A stretch of 59,616 nucleotides of DNA, counting the filler. It is 5 parts of 5 records of this genome, joined end to end, with 100 filler letters (N's around TTAATTAATTAA, not from the genome) between each part and the next. Parts side by side here need not be neighbours in the genome. Positions count along the whole stretch, not along the records: positions 1 to 30,623 come from SRR31156797_20689; positions 30,724 to 38,922 come from SRR31156797_20694; 3 more parts are not named here. The stretch is one strand, 5' to 3'. Positions 28,875 to 37,880 of the stretch are shown here, piece after piece (within the stretch, counting starts at the first letter, position 1; each line of letters opens with the position of its first letter). The translations under genes and the position numbers were made by a program. The notes beneath the pieces are model-generated. The model did no database searches. It saw only the letters and a list, made by a program, of their open reading frames with translations, and had not been told where the DNA came from.

Positions 28875-29294
28875 TCAAAATGGGCACATAGAGAGAATCT
28901 CATTAAAGAGTGTTTTGGTAAGCCTTTGAATGTCCTTGGTTTCGCACTCCCATACAATGACCACATGCCATCCTGATTTTTCGAGCTGCCTGATTGCTTT
29001 TCTATCACGCAAGACGTTGGCTTCAAATTTGGTCTCCCAAAACTCTGTGTTTGACTTGGGGGTAGTGGCATACGAACACCCTTGGTGACGGTGCCAATAG
29101 CATCCATGTACAAAAATAGCTGTCTTATACTTTGGAAGGACAATGTCTGGAGATCCAGGCAGATCCTTCCTGTGCAACCTGAATCTGAAGTCCCTCTTGT
29201 GCAGAAGAGATCTAACAAGTTTTTCTGGTTTTGTGTCTTTTGATTTAATCCTAGACATATTCCAGCTGCGTTTTTCAGGCGATAATTTGTCCAT
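28875..29294 (-). CDS. vsr: Very short patch repair endonuclease
   Basis: MDKLSPEKRSWNMSRIKSKDTKPE, LPGSPDIV, FVHGCYWHRH, VWECE. Confidence 0.96.
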   Translation of the reverse strand: MDKLSPEKRSWNMSRIKSKDTKPEKLVRSLLHKRDFRFRLHRKDLPGSPDIVLPKYKTAIFVHGCYWHRHQGCSYATTPKSNTEFWETKFEANVLRDRKAIRQLEKSGWHVVIVWECETKDIQRLTKTLFNEILSMCPF

Positions 29295-29483
29295 TTAATT
29301 AGTTTGCATTCAGTCGATTTTCTGATCGGTTTTATATGTAAATTTGTGCTTAGTAAAAATTGAGCGCTTTTTAAAACAGGGGCTGCTTCAATGTGTTACC
29401 TACATACCGCAAGACATGAGTTCGATTTGGATACATGCTACATATTATCACTAATACTTTAAATGGCAATGGAGGAGCACGGC

Positions 29484-30497
29484 CTACTGCGTTTTACTTT
29501 TTTCCCCCCGTGCAGCCCCGGCCAACCTCTCAGCCAACCGGTCTGCCCTCAAATGTGCATACCGAGCCAACATTTGCATTGACCGATGGCCAGTAATCAA
29601 TTTGATCTCCATCGCGTCCAAATCCGTATTCTCAAACAGCCGACTTGTCGCCTCATGGCGGAGGTCATGGAATCGGATATCTTCCACTCCTGCCTTCTGA
29701 GCTGCGGCCACAAAAGCCTTTGAGATTGAGTCTGGCCGATAATTGAAAACAGAGCCTGAAATGTTGCGCGGAAAGCTATTCAAAATCTCCAGCGCCTTGG
29801 GCGACAGGGGGATCGTTCTTGAATCCGAGTTCTTCGTGACAGCCAAGAAGGCCGTTTTGTTTTTCAAGTCTACATCGGCCCAGTCGAGATTCGCGATCTC
29901 TGACCGGCGCATGGCCGTCTCCAATGCGAATTGGATAACCGGCTTGAAACGCGGATAGGCCTTTTCCAGGAGTCTCTTTTCTTCATCAGGAGACAGTCTT
30001 CGTGTGCGCCCCTGAGGAATTCGGGGTTTTCTTGAAAGCTTTACTGGGTTCGGCAAATAATCCATTCCCCATTCTTGGATTGCAGCTTCGAAGGTGCGGG
30101 AGATGACAGCCATGTCAAGCCGGACCGTATTTGCAGAAACTCCATCTGTCGTTTCTCGAATTCGAACGTAATCCGCGATGTCCTTCGGTCTGATTGCCGC
30201 CAGCGAGAGGTCGGCGATCTTTCGCTTTTGGATAGCCTTGGCGCGGTTTCTCTCCTGTTTGGGGTGCTTCAGTCTTGGAGTGTGCTCCTCGATATATCTC
30301 TGAAGAGCAGAGTGGAGTGAGAAGTTTTCGGCCTCGGTGCGGTCGACGTAGCTGCCGAGTTTCATGTCGCTTTCGACTTTTTCTGCCCAGAGGCGCGCAG
30401 CGCTTTTGGTTGGGAAAGTGCGTGTCTGTCGCTTGAAGCCTTTTCGCTTGATTATTGCCCTGAATTGATGCGGTCCGCGTTTCTCGATGCTTGCCAT
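29484..30497 (-). CDS. Tyrosine recombinase/integrase
   Basis: Catalytic residues in TAMRRSE, TKNS, FHDLRH and GHRSMQMLARY. Adjacent to the att site. Start at MASIEKRG. Confidence 0.95.
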   Translation of the reverse strand: MASIEKRGPHQFRAIIKRKGFKRQTRTFPTKSAARLWAEKVESDMKLGSYVDRTEAENFSLHSALQRYIEEHTPRLKHPKQERNRAKAIQKRKIADLSLAAIRPKDIADYVRIRETTDGVSANTVRLDMAVISRTFEAAIQEWGMDYLPNPVKLSRKPRIPQGRTRRLSPDEEKRLLEKAYPRFKPVIQFALETAMRRSEIANLDWADVDLKNKTAFLAVTKNSDSRTIPLSPKALEILNSFPRNISGSVFNYRPDSISKAFVAAAQKAGVEDIRFHDLRHEATSRLFENTDLDAMEIKLITGHRSMQMLARYAHLRADRLAERLAGAARGEKSKTQ

Positions 30498-30519
30498 AAA
30501 AATTCCCCATTTTTGTTTC

Positions 30520-30538
30520 GGTCCCCATATGGCCCCCA
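30520..30538 (+). repeat. Putative integrase arm-type sites, right end
   Basis: GGTCCCCATATGGCCCCCA, matching 131-150. Confidence 0.65.
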
Positions 30539-30593
30539 AAAAAGAACTTCTGAGAAAATTTATATTGTATTTTCAAGCAATAAGCAAGTTTGA

Positions 30594-30623
30594 CAGCGGA
30601 TTCAAAATCCGCCGGCGGTAACG
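30594..30623 (+). repeat. Right att site: tRNA-Leu(CAA) anticodon and variable arm without the 5' half
   Basis: GCGGA-TTCAAAA-TCCGC anticodon stem-loop followed by CGGCGGTAACG. No D-arm or acceptor strand upstream. Confidence 0.85.
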
Positions 30624-30723
30624 NNNNNNNNNNNNNNNNNNNNNNNNNNNNNNNNNNNNNNNNNNNNTTAATTAATTAANNNNNNNNNNNNNNNNNNNNN
30701 NNNNNNNNNNNNNNNNNNNNNNN
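30624..30723. other. Artificial contig linker (also 38923-39022, 45774-45873, 54171-54270)
   Basis: N-runs flanking TTAATTAATTAA, with abrupt composition changes and truncated genes on either side. Confidence 0.97.
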
Positions 30724-30880
30724 GTCCGGGCGGACGCGTCGTTAGCGAAACGCTCAGGTCCACGTCGTCCAGCCGCTTGCACAGCTCCCGGACGATCGTG
30801 CTCTTGCCCACCCCGGATGGACCGCTCACGACGATCACTTTGCCCCGTGCCTGCTTCTTCGGATCGATTCCGTTGCTCAT
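30724..30880 (-). CDS. gmk: Guanylate kinase, N-terminal part (truncated by contig end)
   Basis: VIVVSGPSGVGKST..SVSLTTRPP; downstream of yicC. Confidence 0.9.
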
Positions 30881-30969
30881 CTGGCTCACAATCAATGCAG
30901 AAGAGGCCGACCAAGCCCCCTCCAACGCATCCGTCGACCGACACCCGGCCAAGCCGGACGCTGCGTGTT

Positions 30970-31854
30970 TCATTCCACGTTCTGGATCTGTTCTTTCAAG
31001 CGCTCGATGAGACACTTCATATCGACCACACTGCGAACGATGTCGGCGTCGGCCGCCTTGCTCGCCACAGTGTTGGCTTCCCGCAGCATTTCCTGGCTCA
31101 GGAAGTCCAGCCGTCGACCCGCCTGGCCCTCCTTCTCACAGATCTCCCGGAACTGCTCCAGATGTGCGTCCAACCGCGCGATCTCCTCGGCGATATCGGA
31201 GCGGTCGGCCAGGACCGCGACCTCCCGAGCCAACGTTTCTTCATCCAGCCTCAGCTTCGCTTCGGCCAACAACGCGTCCACCCGCTTGCGCAACCGCTTG
31301 GCGTATTCGACAATCACGCCGTCGCTGCGCTGTTGGACGCTGGCCAATTCCTGAGCCATCGCTTCACAATGCTTGCGCAGGTCGGCCTCCAGAAACTTCC
31401 CTTCCGCCTCGCGCATTTGTTTGAGCTTATCGACCGCCTCCTGCGTAATGCGCAAGACCAGTTCGCGAACCTTGAGGCTCTCCTCCTCGTCGGGCACGAT
31501 CGGACGCACGACGCCGGGCAAGGTCAAGAGACTCGCCATGTCGATGGTCCCTTCGATGCCGACGGAACTGCTAACCGACCCGAGCCGTTCGACCACCGAC
31601 CGCAGCGCGCCTTCGTCAATGTCGAACAGGATGTTACCCGCGACACCCTTGAGTCGGACCACGCAGTTGATCGTGCCCCGCGCCAGATTATGGCGCAGGC
31701 ACTTGTCGATCTCGTCTTCCAGGAAGGCGATGGCTTCCGGCAGCTTGATGATGGTCTTCAGATAGCGGTTGTTCACCGCCTTGATCTCGACGGCATAGCA
31801 AACGCCGTCCAGGTGATCATCGGCGCTGCCGTATCCGGTCATGCTGTTAAGCAT
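30970..31854 (-). CDS. yicC: YicC/YloC family endoribonuclease
   Basis: MLNSMTGYG, EIKAVNNRYL, GRRLDFLSQEMLREANTVASK, EQIQNVE. Confidence 0.93.
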   Translation of the reverse strand: MLNSMTGYGSADDHLDGVCYAVEIKAVNNRYLKTIIKLPEAIAFLEDEIDKCLRHNLARGTINCVVRLKGVAGNILFDIDEGALRSVVERLGSVSSSVGIEGTIDMASLLTLPGVVRPIVPDEEESLKVRELVLRITQEAVDKLKQMREAEGKFLEADLRKHCEAMAQELASVQQRSDGVIVEYAKRLRKRVDALLAEAKLRLDEETLAREVAVLADRSDIAEEIARLDAHLEQFREICEKEGQAGRRLDFLSQEMLREANTVASKAADADIVRSVVDMKCLIERLKEQIQNVE

Positions 31855-31947
31855 TGTCTCTTGCCTCTCAAACAGGAATTGGGCGTCTGTGCATCGCTCC
31901 GACAAGCATCTCGTCCCGACCGCTCCCGTCGAAGGCCCTGGGCGTCA

Positions 31948-32343
31948 CTACCCTCCCGTCGAATTGGCGTCGTCTTCTGCCGGGACGTCCGCCGGTGGCG
32001 CGGGGGCATCGATGGCCGGCGCTGCGCCCTCGGTCGTGGCCGGCTGGGTGGCGACTGTCTCGTCGGCCCCAAAGTCACCAACGGTGGGTCGATAGAACCG
32101 ACCCATCAGAACGGCCAGGCCCAGAAAGACCGCGACCAGCACGATGGTGACCCAGGTGAGAAAGTCCCCGGTCTTCGAGCCGAGGAGGCCGCCGCCCATG
32201 CCGCCGCCGAAGGCCGCCGTGAGCCCGCCGCCGCGACCCTTCTGCAGCAGGATCACCAGGATCAGGACGATCGAGACCAGGACAAAGAGAACGGCCACCA
32301 TCTTCATCAAAACGCCCACTGCCAGTATCGGTAAAACAGTCAT
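31948..32343 (-). CDS. secG: Preprotein translocase subunit SecG
   Basis: ILLQKGRGGGLTAAFGGG with two TM helices; follows tpiA. Confidence 0.92.
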   Translation of the reverse strand: MTVLPILAVGVLMKMVAVLFVLVSIVLILVILLQKGRGGGLTAAFGGGMGGGLLGSKTGDFLTWVTIVLVAVFLGLAVLMGRFYRPTVGDFGADETVATQPATTEGAAPAIDAPAPPADVPAEDDANSTGG

Positions 32344-32437
32344 ATTCGTGCCCCAAACACACATCGCTAAGTCACAGTGCAAAATTGGCTCAGGTCCCGA
32401 TGCCGCACCCGTGACGTCGGGCCCTGCCAGGGCCGCC

Positions 32438-33199
32438 TCACACGGCCGCCTGGATAATCCCAACGAAATCGTCCGCCTTCAGACTGGCTCCACCGACGAG
32501 GCAACCATCGACATCCGGCTCGCTCAGCAGTTCCTTGGCATTGCTCGGCTTGACCGATCCGCCATACTGAATGCGGATCTCGGCCGCCAAGGCATCGCTA
32601 TACATCTCGGCCAGCAACTTTCGGATGAAGGCGTGCACCTCCTGAGCCTGCTCGCGCGTCGCGGTGCGGCCCGTACCGATCGCCCAGACCGGCTCGTAGG
32701 CGATGGTCACCGCCGCCATCTTCTCGGCATCCACGCCCGCCAGACCGGCCCGGAGTTGGCGCTCAACCACCGCCTCGGTCTGTCCGCCGTCGCGTTCTTC
32801 CAGCAACTCGCCCACGCAGAGAATCGGCAGCAACCCACCGGCCAGGGAGGCCAACAGCTTCTTGTTGACGATCTCATCCGACTCACCGAGGACGTGACGC
32901 CGCTCCGAATGCCCGCAGAGAGCATACGTACAGCCGACATCCTTCAGCATAGCCGGGCTGATTTCGCCCGTGAAGGCGCCTTTCTCCTCGAAATACACAT
33001 CCTGGGCGCCGAGCGCCACACCGGATGAGCTAACGGCCCCAGCGACAGCAGGCAGATAAACGAACGGGGGAATCACCGCGACCGTGACACTGTTCCCGGC
33101 CAGATTCCCTGCCCCTTCGGCTACGCCCTTCGCCAGGGCCGCACCCGTCTGGCTGTCCATGTTCATCTTCCAGTTACCGGCTACAAACGGCTTTCTCAT
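32438..33199 (-). CDS. tpiA: Triosephosphate isomerase
   Basis: AGNWKMN, GHSERR, AYEPVWAIGTG, YGGSV, LVGGASL. Confidence 0.98.
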   Translation of the reverse strand: MRKPFVAGNWKMNMDSQTGAALAKGVAEGAGNLAGNSVTVAVIPPFVYLPAVAGAVSSSGVALGAQDVYFEEKGAFTGEISPAMLKDVGCTYALCGHSERRHVLGESDEIVNKKLLASLAGGLLPILCVGELLEERDGGQTEAVVERQLRAGLAGVDAEKMAAVTIAYEPVWAIGTGRTATREQAQEVHAFIRKLLAEMYSDALAAEIRIQYGGSVKPSNAKELLSEPDVDGCLVGGASLKADDFVGIIQAAV

Positions 33200-33250
33200 G
33201 ATGCTCTCCTATCGTCCTCTGAGTTCACAGTCGCGATCAATATTCAATGC

Positions 33251-34321
33251 TTACAGCAGTTCCGTCGCACGCGGGAAGCTGCCCAGCACCGAAAGCTGAA
33301 GGCAGTGCTCCCGAGACTCCTCCAGGACATCCTGCACCCGCTTCTCCGTGTGGTGGCCGAGGAAATCCATGAAGAAATAGTACTCCCATCCCCGATTCTT
33401 GCTGGGCCGGGATTCGATGTTCGTCAGGTTGACCGAGTATTTCTTGAAGACCTCCAGCACATCGGCCAATGCCCCCGCCTTGTGGGCCGTGCTGAACAGG
33501 ATGGCCGTCTTGTCGTCGTCGGTAGGTCTGGCATCCTCATCGCTGATGACCAGGAACCGCGTGACGTTGTTGGCAATATCCTCGATATTCTCGCAGACGA
33601 TCTTCAGGCCGTACAGTTCGGCCGCCACCTTCGAGCCAATCGCCGCCGCGCCCGGCTCGGCAGCCGCCATCTGGGCCGCCCGGGCCGTTGAAGCCACCGG
33701 AATCGTCTTGGCCTCCTTGAAGGTCGCCGTCAACCAGTTGCGACACTGAGCGAATACCTCCGGCTTCGAGTAGATCTTCTCCACCTCCTCGAGCGTGCAA
33801 TTCGCCAGCAGACTATGGTGGATAGCCATCTGCACTTCCGCACAGACTTTTCGATCGGTTTCGATCAGCGCGTCGAGCGTTTCGATCACGCCGCCGCCGC
33901 TCGAATTCTCGATCGGCACGATACCCAGATCGCAGTGCCCCTTGCTCACCTCGTCGAAGATGCTGCGGATGTCGGCCAGAGGCTCGTATTCGACGCTCTG
34001 ACCAAATTTCAGCATGGCCGCCGAGTGGCTGAAGCTGCCCGCCGGGCCCAGATACCCGATCCGCAGGGGCTTTTCCAGCATAAACGAGCCGCTCATCAAC
34101 TCCCGCCAGATCGCCACCAGCGTCCGATCGTGCAGCGGACCCTCGTTGGCCCTCTTGATCTTCTCGAACACCTGCTTCTCGCGATCCGGCGCATAGATTG
34201 GCCCGTCGGTCTTGCTCTTGAGCAGCCCCACCTCCACGACGACCTGGGCCCGCTCGTTGAGCAATTTCACCAACTGATTGTCAATTTGATCTATGCGCTG
34301 TCGTAAGTCTTCTAAAGACAT
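33251..34321 (-). CDS. pheA: Chorismate mutase/prephenate dehydratase
   Basis: LRQRIDQID (CM), VPIENSSGG, NVTRFLVI, NLTNIESRP (ACT). Confidence 0.96.
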   Translation of the reverse strand: MSLEDLRQRIDQIDNQLVKLLNERAQVVVEVGLLKSKTDGPIYAPDREKQVFEKIKRANEGPLHDRTLVAIWRELMSGSFMLEKPLRIGYLGPAGSFSHSAAMLKFGQSVEYEPLADIRSIFDEVSKGHCDLGIVPIENSSGGGVIETLDALIETDRKVCAEVQMAIHHSLLANCTLEEVEKIYSKPEVFAQCRNWLTATFKEAKTIPVASTARAAQMAAAEPGAAAIGSKVAAELYGLKIVCENIEDIANNVTRFLVISDEDARPTDDDKTAILFSTAHKAGALADVLEVFKKYSVNLTNIESRPSKNRGWEYYFFMDFLGHHTEKRVQDVLEESREHCLQLSVLGSFPRATELL

Positions 34322-34562
34322 AAAGGCGATTCCGCGTATCCGTTAAGGACGTCCTCCAGCCCACCAAGGAAACGGCTCCGGCCGGGAGATCGTAGTCATT
34401 CTACGCAAAGGTTGCCCGGGGGCAATCTCCTGGTTACGGCCCCGATATCCCTCGGAAGCCCGATTCGATTTTATAAAAACTCTTTTCTCTATCAGAATTT
34501 TGCCCTTGCGTCAATACATTTCAACCGTAAGGTACAATATTTCGGGGCAAGGAGAATCGCGC

Positions 34563-35126
34563 ATGAACCCAGCAGCATTGCGCTATACGATCTTCAAGAC
34601 GCGTTGGGGCCACTTCGGTCTGGCCTGCCGCGTCGAGTCCGTCTGTGCCACATCCCTGCCCGCCCCCGACCGGGCGGCAGCCGAGCGAACGCTTCTGGCA
34701 AACCTCTCGGCCGACGCGACTGAGCTCTCCTTCGATCGGGCGCTGTGCCCGGGTCTCCAGCAGCGTATCATCGCCTATTTCGAAGGTGACAACGTCGATT
34801 TCAGTACTGATCCGGCGGTTGACCTGACCGATTTCAGCGCCTTTGGCCAGGCCATCCTCACGGCTTGCCGGCAGATCGGCTTGGGTCAAACACGGACCTA
34901 TACCGAGCTGGCCGAAACGGTCGGCCGGTATGGTGCGGCCCGCGCCGTCGGCGGAACCATGGCCCGCAACCCCCTCCCGCTGATCGTTCCGTGCCACCGC
35001 GTCGTTCGCACCGACGGCGGATTGGGAGGCTTCTCGGCCGTCGGCGGAACCGCCACGAAGCAGAGAATGCTCCTGCATGAGCAATCGGCCGTCCAAGCCA
35101 CCTGTCTGCAGGGCAGCCAACGTTGA
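34563..35126 (+). CDS. ogt: Methylated-DNA-protein-cysteine methyltransferase
   Basis: ARAVG..NPLPLIVPCHRVV active-site motif. Confidence 0.93.
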   Translation: MNPAALRYTIFKTRWGHFGLACRVESVCATSLPAPDRAAAERTLLANLSADATELSFDRALCPGLQQRIIAYFEGDNVDFSTDPAVDLTDFSAFGQAILTACRQIGLGQTRTYTELAETVGRYGAARAVGGTMARNPLPLIVPCHRVVRTDGGLGGFSAVGGTATKQRMLLHEQSAVQATCLQGSQR

Positions 35127-35160
35127 ACCGAACCGCATGAGAGCCATGGAGGGATCGCTT

Positions 35161-36516
35161 ATGTGCCGGATGACAGCCAGACGCTATGCTCTCGCCCTAT
35201 TCCTCATGCTCGCCCTTTCGGCAGGGTGCCGGACGTTCAACAAGCACATCACCGAGGCCGTGCTGGATGGCGGGCAGGCCAAACAGTGGCAGGTCCACTA
35301 TGGCAGTGCCCGGCAGTACAAACTGGACAACGACAGCCTGGAACAGGTTGAATTCGAGGGCATCGTCAGCGGTCCGCGCATCAGCGTGCGCTACCAGCGC
35401 AACCTCCACGACCAGGCCGAACACATCGCCCATCAAACCGCCGAGATGCTCCAGCAGGTCGAACAGCGCATCGGGACCACCATCACAACCAGCAGCACCG
35501 TCCACCTGTTCCGCTTCGATGCGACCCCGCAGAACTACAACATCCGCCTGACCGTCGAGCCCAACGAATTCCCCTGGCTGTTGTTTGTCCGCGCCGGCGA
35601 CGAATCCTACCCTGCCATCCTGGCCGAGAATCCGAGCTACCCGTACCTGTTCGTACACGAGCTGGTCGAGACGTCTCTGGTCTCCAGCGGGGCCGACGCC
35701 CGGCTGCTGCCGGACGTGGGATGGGGCGCGCTGGGCCTGACCGCCCACGTCAACAACTACACCCGCTGGTTCCGCGACGGACTGGCCAACTATGCCGGCT
35801 ACGTAGCCCATGGGATCGTCGCCGAAGAACTCGCTCAATCCGAATCGACGTCTCTGAACCGATCGCTCCTGCATACGAGCCCGTTCTCGTCGCTGGCCCG
35901 GATCCGGCACAAGTTATTCTCCTGGCCCCAATCGGCCCAGAAGGCCCAGCAGCGAGAATACTACAACGCCGCCCTGGGCTTGTTCCTGCTGCTCGAGCAT
36001 CGCTTTGGAGAGCAGACGATCCGGGATATCATGACGGAGATCGCCGCCCGCGACGCCGTCGACCGCAGCGATCTGCTGGAGATCACCAACGCCACGATCG
36101 GCACCGACGTCAAGAAGCTCGTCGCGGACTTCCGGTTCCCCGCCACCGGCCTGCGACTCGTCCGGACCTCCCCGGCCCTGGCCCTCAACAACGGCCTCGA
36201 CATTGAAAAGGGCCTCTTCGTCGACGCCGTGAAACCTGACAGCCTGGGCGATCGAGCGGGTCTTCAGGCCAAGGATGTCATCGTCACAGCCGAATCGGCG
36301 GCCCTTGTCAGCGAGTTGGACTTCGAGCTGGCCCTGTTCAGGGCCAGAGAGCAACGGTCCATTCCTCTAACAGTCCGCCGACCCAGCGAAGGGACGGTCG
36401 CCGTGGAGATGACCCTGCCGCCGACCAGACAAGCCGCAGTCTCCCGGGGAAAGCGCCGTAACCCTCTGAAAAAAGGCAGGATAGACGTCATCGAATCGTT
36501 CCCCTTCCTGCACTGA
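35161..36516 (+). CDS. Lipoprotein with a gluzincin-like domain and C-terminal PDZ
   Basis: Lipobox LSAGC, VHELVE..WFRDGLANY, and PDZ pattern GLFVDAVKPDSLGDRAGLQAKDVI. Confidence 0.7.
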   Translation: MCRMTARRYALALFLMLALSAGCRTFNKHITEAVLDGGQAKQWQVHYGSARQYKLDNDSLEQVEFEGIVSGPRISVRYQRNLHDQAEHIAHQTAEMLQQVEQRIGTTITTSSTVHLFRFDATPQNYNIRLTVEPNEFPWLLFVRAGDESYPAILAENPSYPYLFVHELVETSLVSSGADARLLPDVGWGALGLTAHVNNYTRWFRDGLANYAGYVAHGIVAEELAQSESTSLNRSLLHTSPFSSLARIRHKLFSWPQSAQKAQQREYYNAALGLFLLLEHRFGEQTIRDIMTEIAARDAVDRSDLLEITNATIGTDVKKLVADFRFPATGLRLVRTSPALALNNGLDIEKGLFVDAVKPDSLGDRAGLQAKDVIVTAESAALVSELDFELALFRAREQRSIPLTVRRPSEGTVAVEMTLPPTRQAAVSRGKRRNPLKKGRIDVIESFPFLH

Positions 36517-36615
36517 CAGCACCCTCACCCGTCTCCCAACACCCGCACCGCCGCCGGTTCGACCGCCCCTCTCCCTCGCCCCGGAAGAAAATCGCGGAAA
36601 ATGAGTAATATACAA

Positions 36616-36644
36616 TTGACATCATGTAATTTATAGATTACATT
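36616..36644 (+). promoter_or_regulatory. Sigma70-type promoter overlapped by a palindromic operator
   Basis: TTGACA-17 bp-TACATT, with palindrome ATGTAAT-ttatag-ATTACAT at 36624-36643. Confidence 0.7.
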
Positions 36645-36703
36645 CTGTCTGGTATCTATTACATTAGTGCGGCCATGAACCTCTAGAAACGGGAGGACCG
36701 GAC

Positions 36704-37180
36704 ATGAACAGTCAGACGAAAGAAGCGTGTCTTGGGCTGCTCCTGGTGGTGCCTATGATTCTCATCATCGGTGGAGTTGCCGTGTTCATCGCCTACGACC
36801 AAGGGATTTCCTTCGGGCCCCTTCTGATGTTTGCCGGCACCGTCGTTGCGGGCGGCCTCATCTGGCTGGTGCCCCTCATTTCCAGCCGGATCGGCAAGCC
36901 AAAGGAGAAAGTCAACTTTGACGAGCGAGACCTGCTGATCCACAAGAGAGCGGTGATGGCCGCGTACGTCGTGCTTTGGCTCTACTTCGTCGCCGCCTGC
37001 GTGATCCCCTGGTGCATCGTGGGTTCCCAAGGTTCGATCTCTGTCAACGTGATGCCCCTGGCACTCCTGGGGGGGCTCATCGTCTTTACGGTAGCGCAGG
37101 GCTTGGCGACCGTGGTTCAATACGGGCGAGGGGGCAGAGGGGATCAGACGTCAGCGGATCGCGGAGTGGCAGCCGAATGA
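36704..37180 (+). CDS. DUF2178-like membrane protein
   Basis: TM helices flanking FDERDLLIHKRA. Confidence 0.7.
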   Translation: MNSQTKEACLGLLLVVPMILIIGGVAVFIAYDQGISFGPLLMFAGTVVAGGLIWLVPLISSRIGKPKEKVNFDERDLLIHKRAVMAAYVVLWLYFVAACVIPWCIVGSQGSISVNVMPLALLGGLIVFTVAQGLATVVQYGRGGRGDQTSADRGVAAE

Positions 37181-37215
37181 CGTGCCCGCAGCCAGCGAGA
37201 GAAAGGATCAAGGCA

Positions 37216-37638
37216 ATGAACGTATTGCAGAAGAGAGCGTGGACCGAACTGGTTCTCATGGTCATTTGTGTTGCTACAGCAGCGGCATCTCTGGCTTTGA
37301 TGGTTCACATGAACTCCAAGGGCCTCAGCTATGTCATCATCTTCGTAGCGGTCGGGACCCCAACGGGTTTTCTGACCTGCCTGCACAACCTCAAGAACGC
37401 GGGGCGATACGACGAACGCGAGAGGAGCATCCTGCACCGGGCCACCATGCTGGGCGGCTTCGTCCTGGCGCTGGTCATCGGATGTGCGTCCTTTGTCGCG
37501 TTCTTCCTCGTTGGCGGCGCGGGGACCGTCCCGGTCTACGTGCTGCCTGCGACGTTTCTCGGCGCGTTGTGCGCGGCACAACTCGTACAGTCGGCGGCTA
37601 TTCTGATCCAGTTCGCGCGGGAGCAGATCGATGAGTAG
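37216..37638 (+). CDS. DUF2178-like membrane protein (paralog)
   Basis: YDERERSILHRA between TM helices. Start taken at MNVLQ. Confidence 0.65.
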   Translation: MNVLQKRAWTELVLMVICVATAAASLALMVHMNSKGLSYVIIFVAVGTPTGFLTCLHNLKNAGRYDERERSILHRATMLGGFVLALVIGCASFVAFFLVGGAGTVPVYVLPATFLGALCAAQLVQSAAILIQFAREQIDE

Positions 37639-37867
37639 TACCCATGTCACCAACCGGATCAGACGCCTGCGGTTCGACCACGGCGAAATGACCCAACAAC
37701 AACTGGCCGAGAAGGCCCGCGTGACACGGCAGACGATCATCGCCATCGAGGCGGGCAAGTACGCCCCGTCGCTGCTCCTGGCGTTTCGCATCGCCGGCGC
37801 CTTCGGCCTGCCCCTCGAGGAGGTCTTCCAATACGACCGCACTGGCGATCCACCGCCCGTCCCGTGA
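37631..37867 (+). CDS. XRE-family HTH regulator
   Basis: NRIRRLR..MTQQQLAEKARVTRQTIIAIEAGKYAPSL. Confidence 0.92.
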   Translation: MSSTHVTNRIRRLRFDHGEMTQQQLAEKARVTRQTIIAIEAGKYAPSLLLAFRIAGAFGLPLEEVFQYDRTGDPPPVP

Positions 37868-37880
37868 TTCGACCGGGCTT

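Larger units (their letters stand above)
1..30623. mobile_element. Integrative genomic (defence) island inserted at tRNA-Leu(CAA), apparently complete
   Basis: tRNA-Leu segments at both contig ends, a tyrosine integrase next to the right end, shared GGTCCCCAT repeats at both ends, an Xis-like HTH gene, and defence/TA cargo. Confidence 0.88.

Noticed and set aside
1-30623. Prophage or self-transmissible ICE
   Set aside because: No capsid, terminase, tail, relaxase, T4SS or replication genes recognised.
30624-30723. TTAATTAATTAA motif repeated four times, and ORFs ending in XXX..LIN
   Set aside because: Artificial stop-codon linker between contigs. No gene linkage should be inferred across it.
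30817-32334. 505-aa plus-strand ORF and other long antisense ORFs (e.g. 32144-33028, 40989-42038)
   Set aside because: Shadow frames opposite well-supported genes in GC-rich DNA, with no recognisable motifs.
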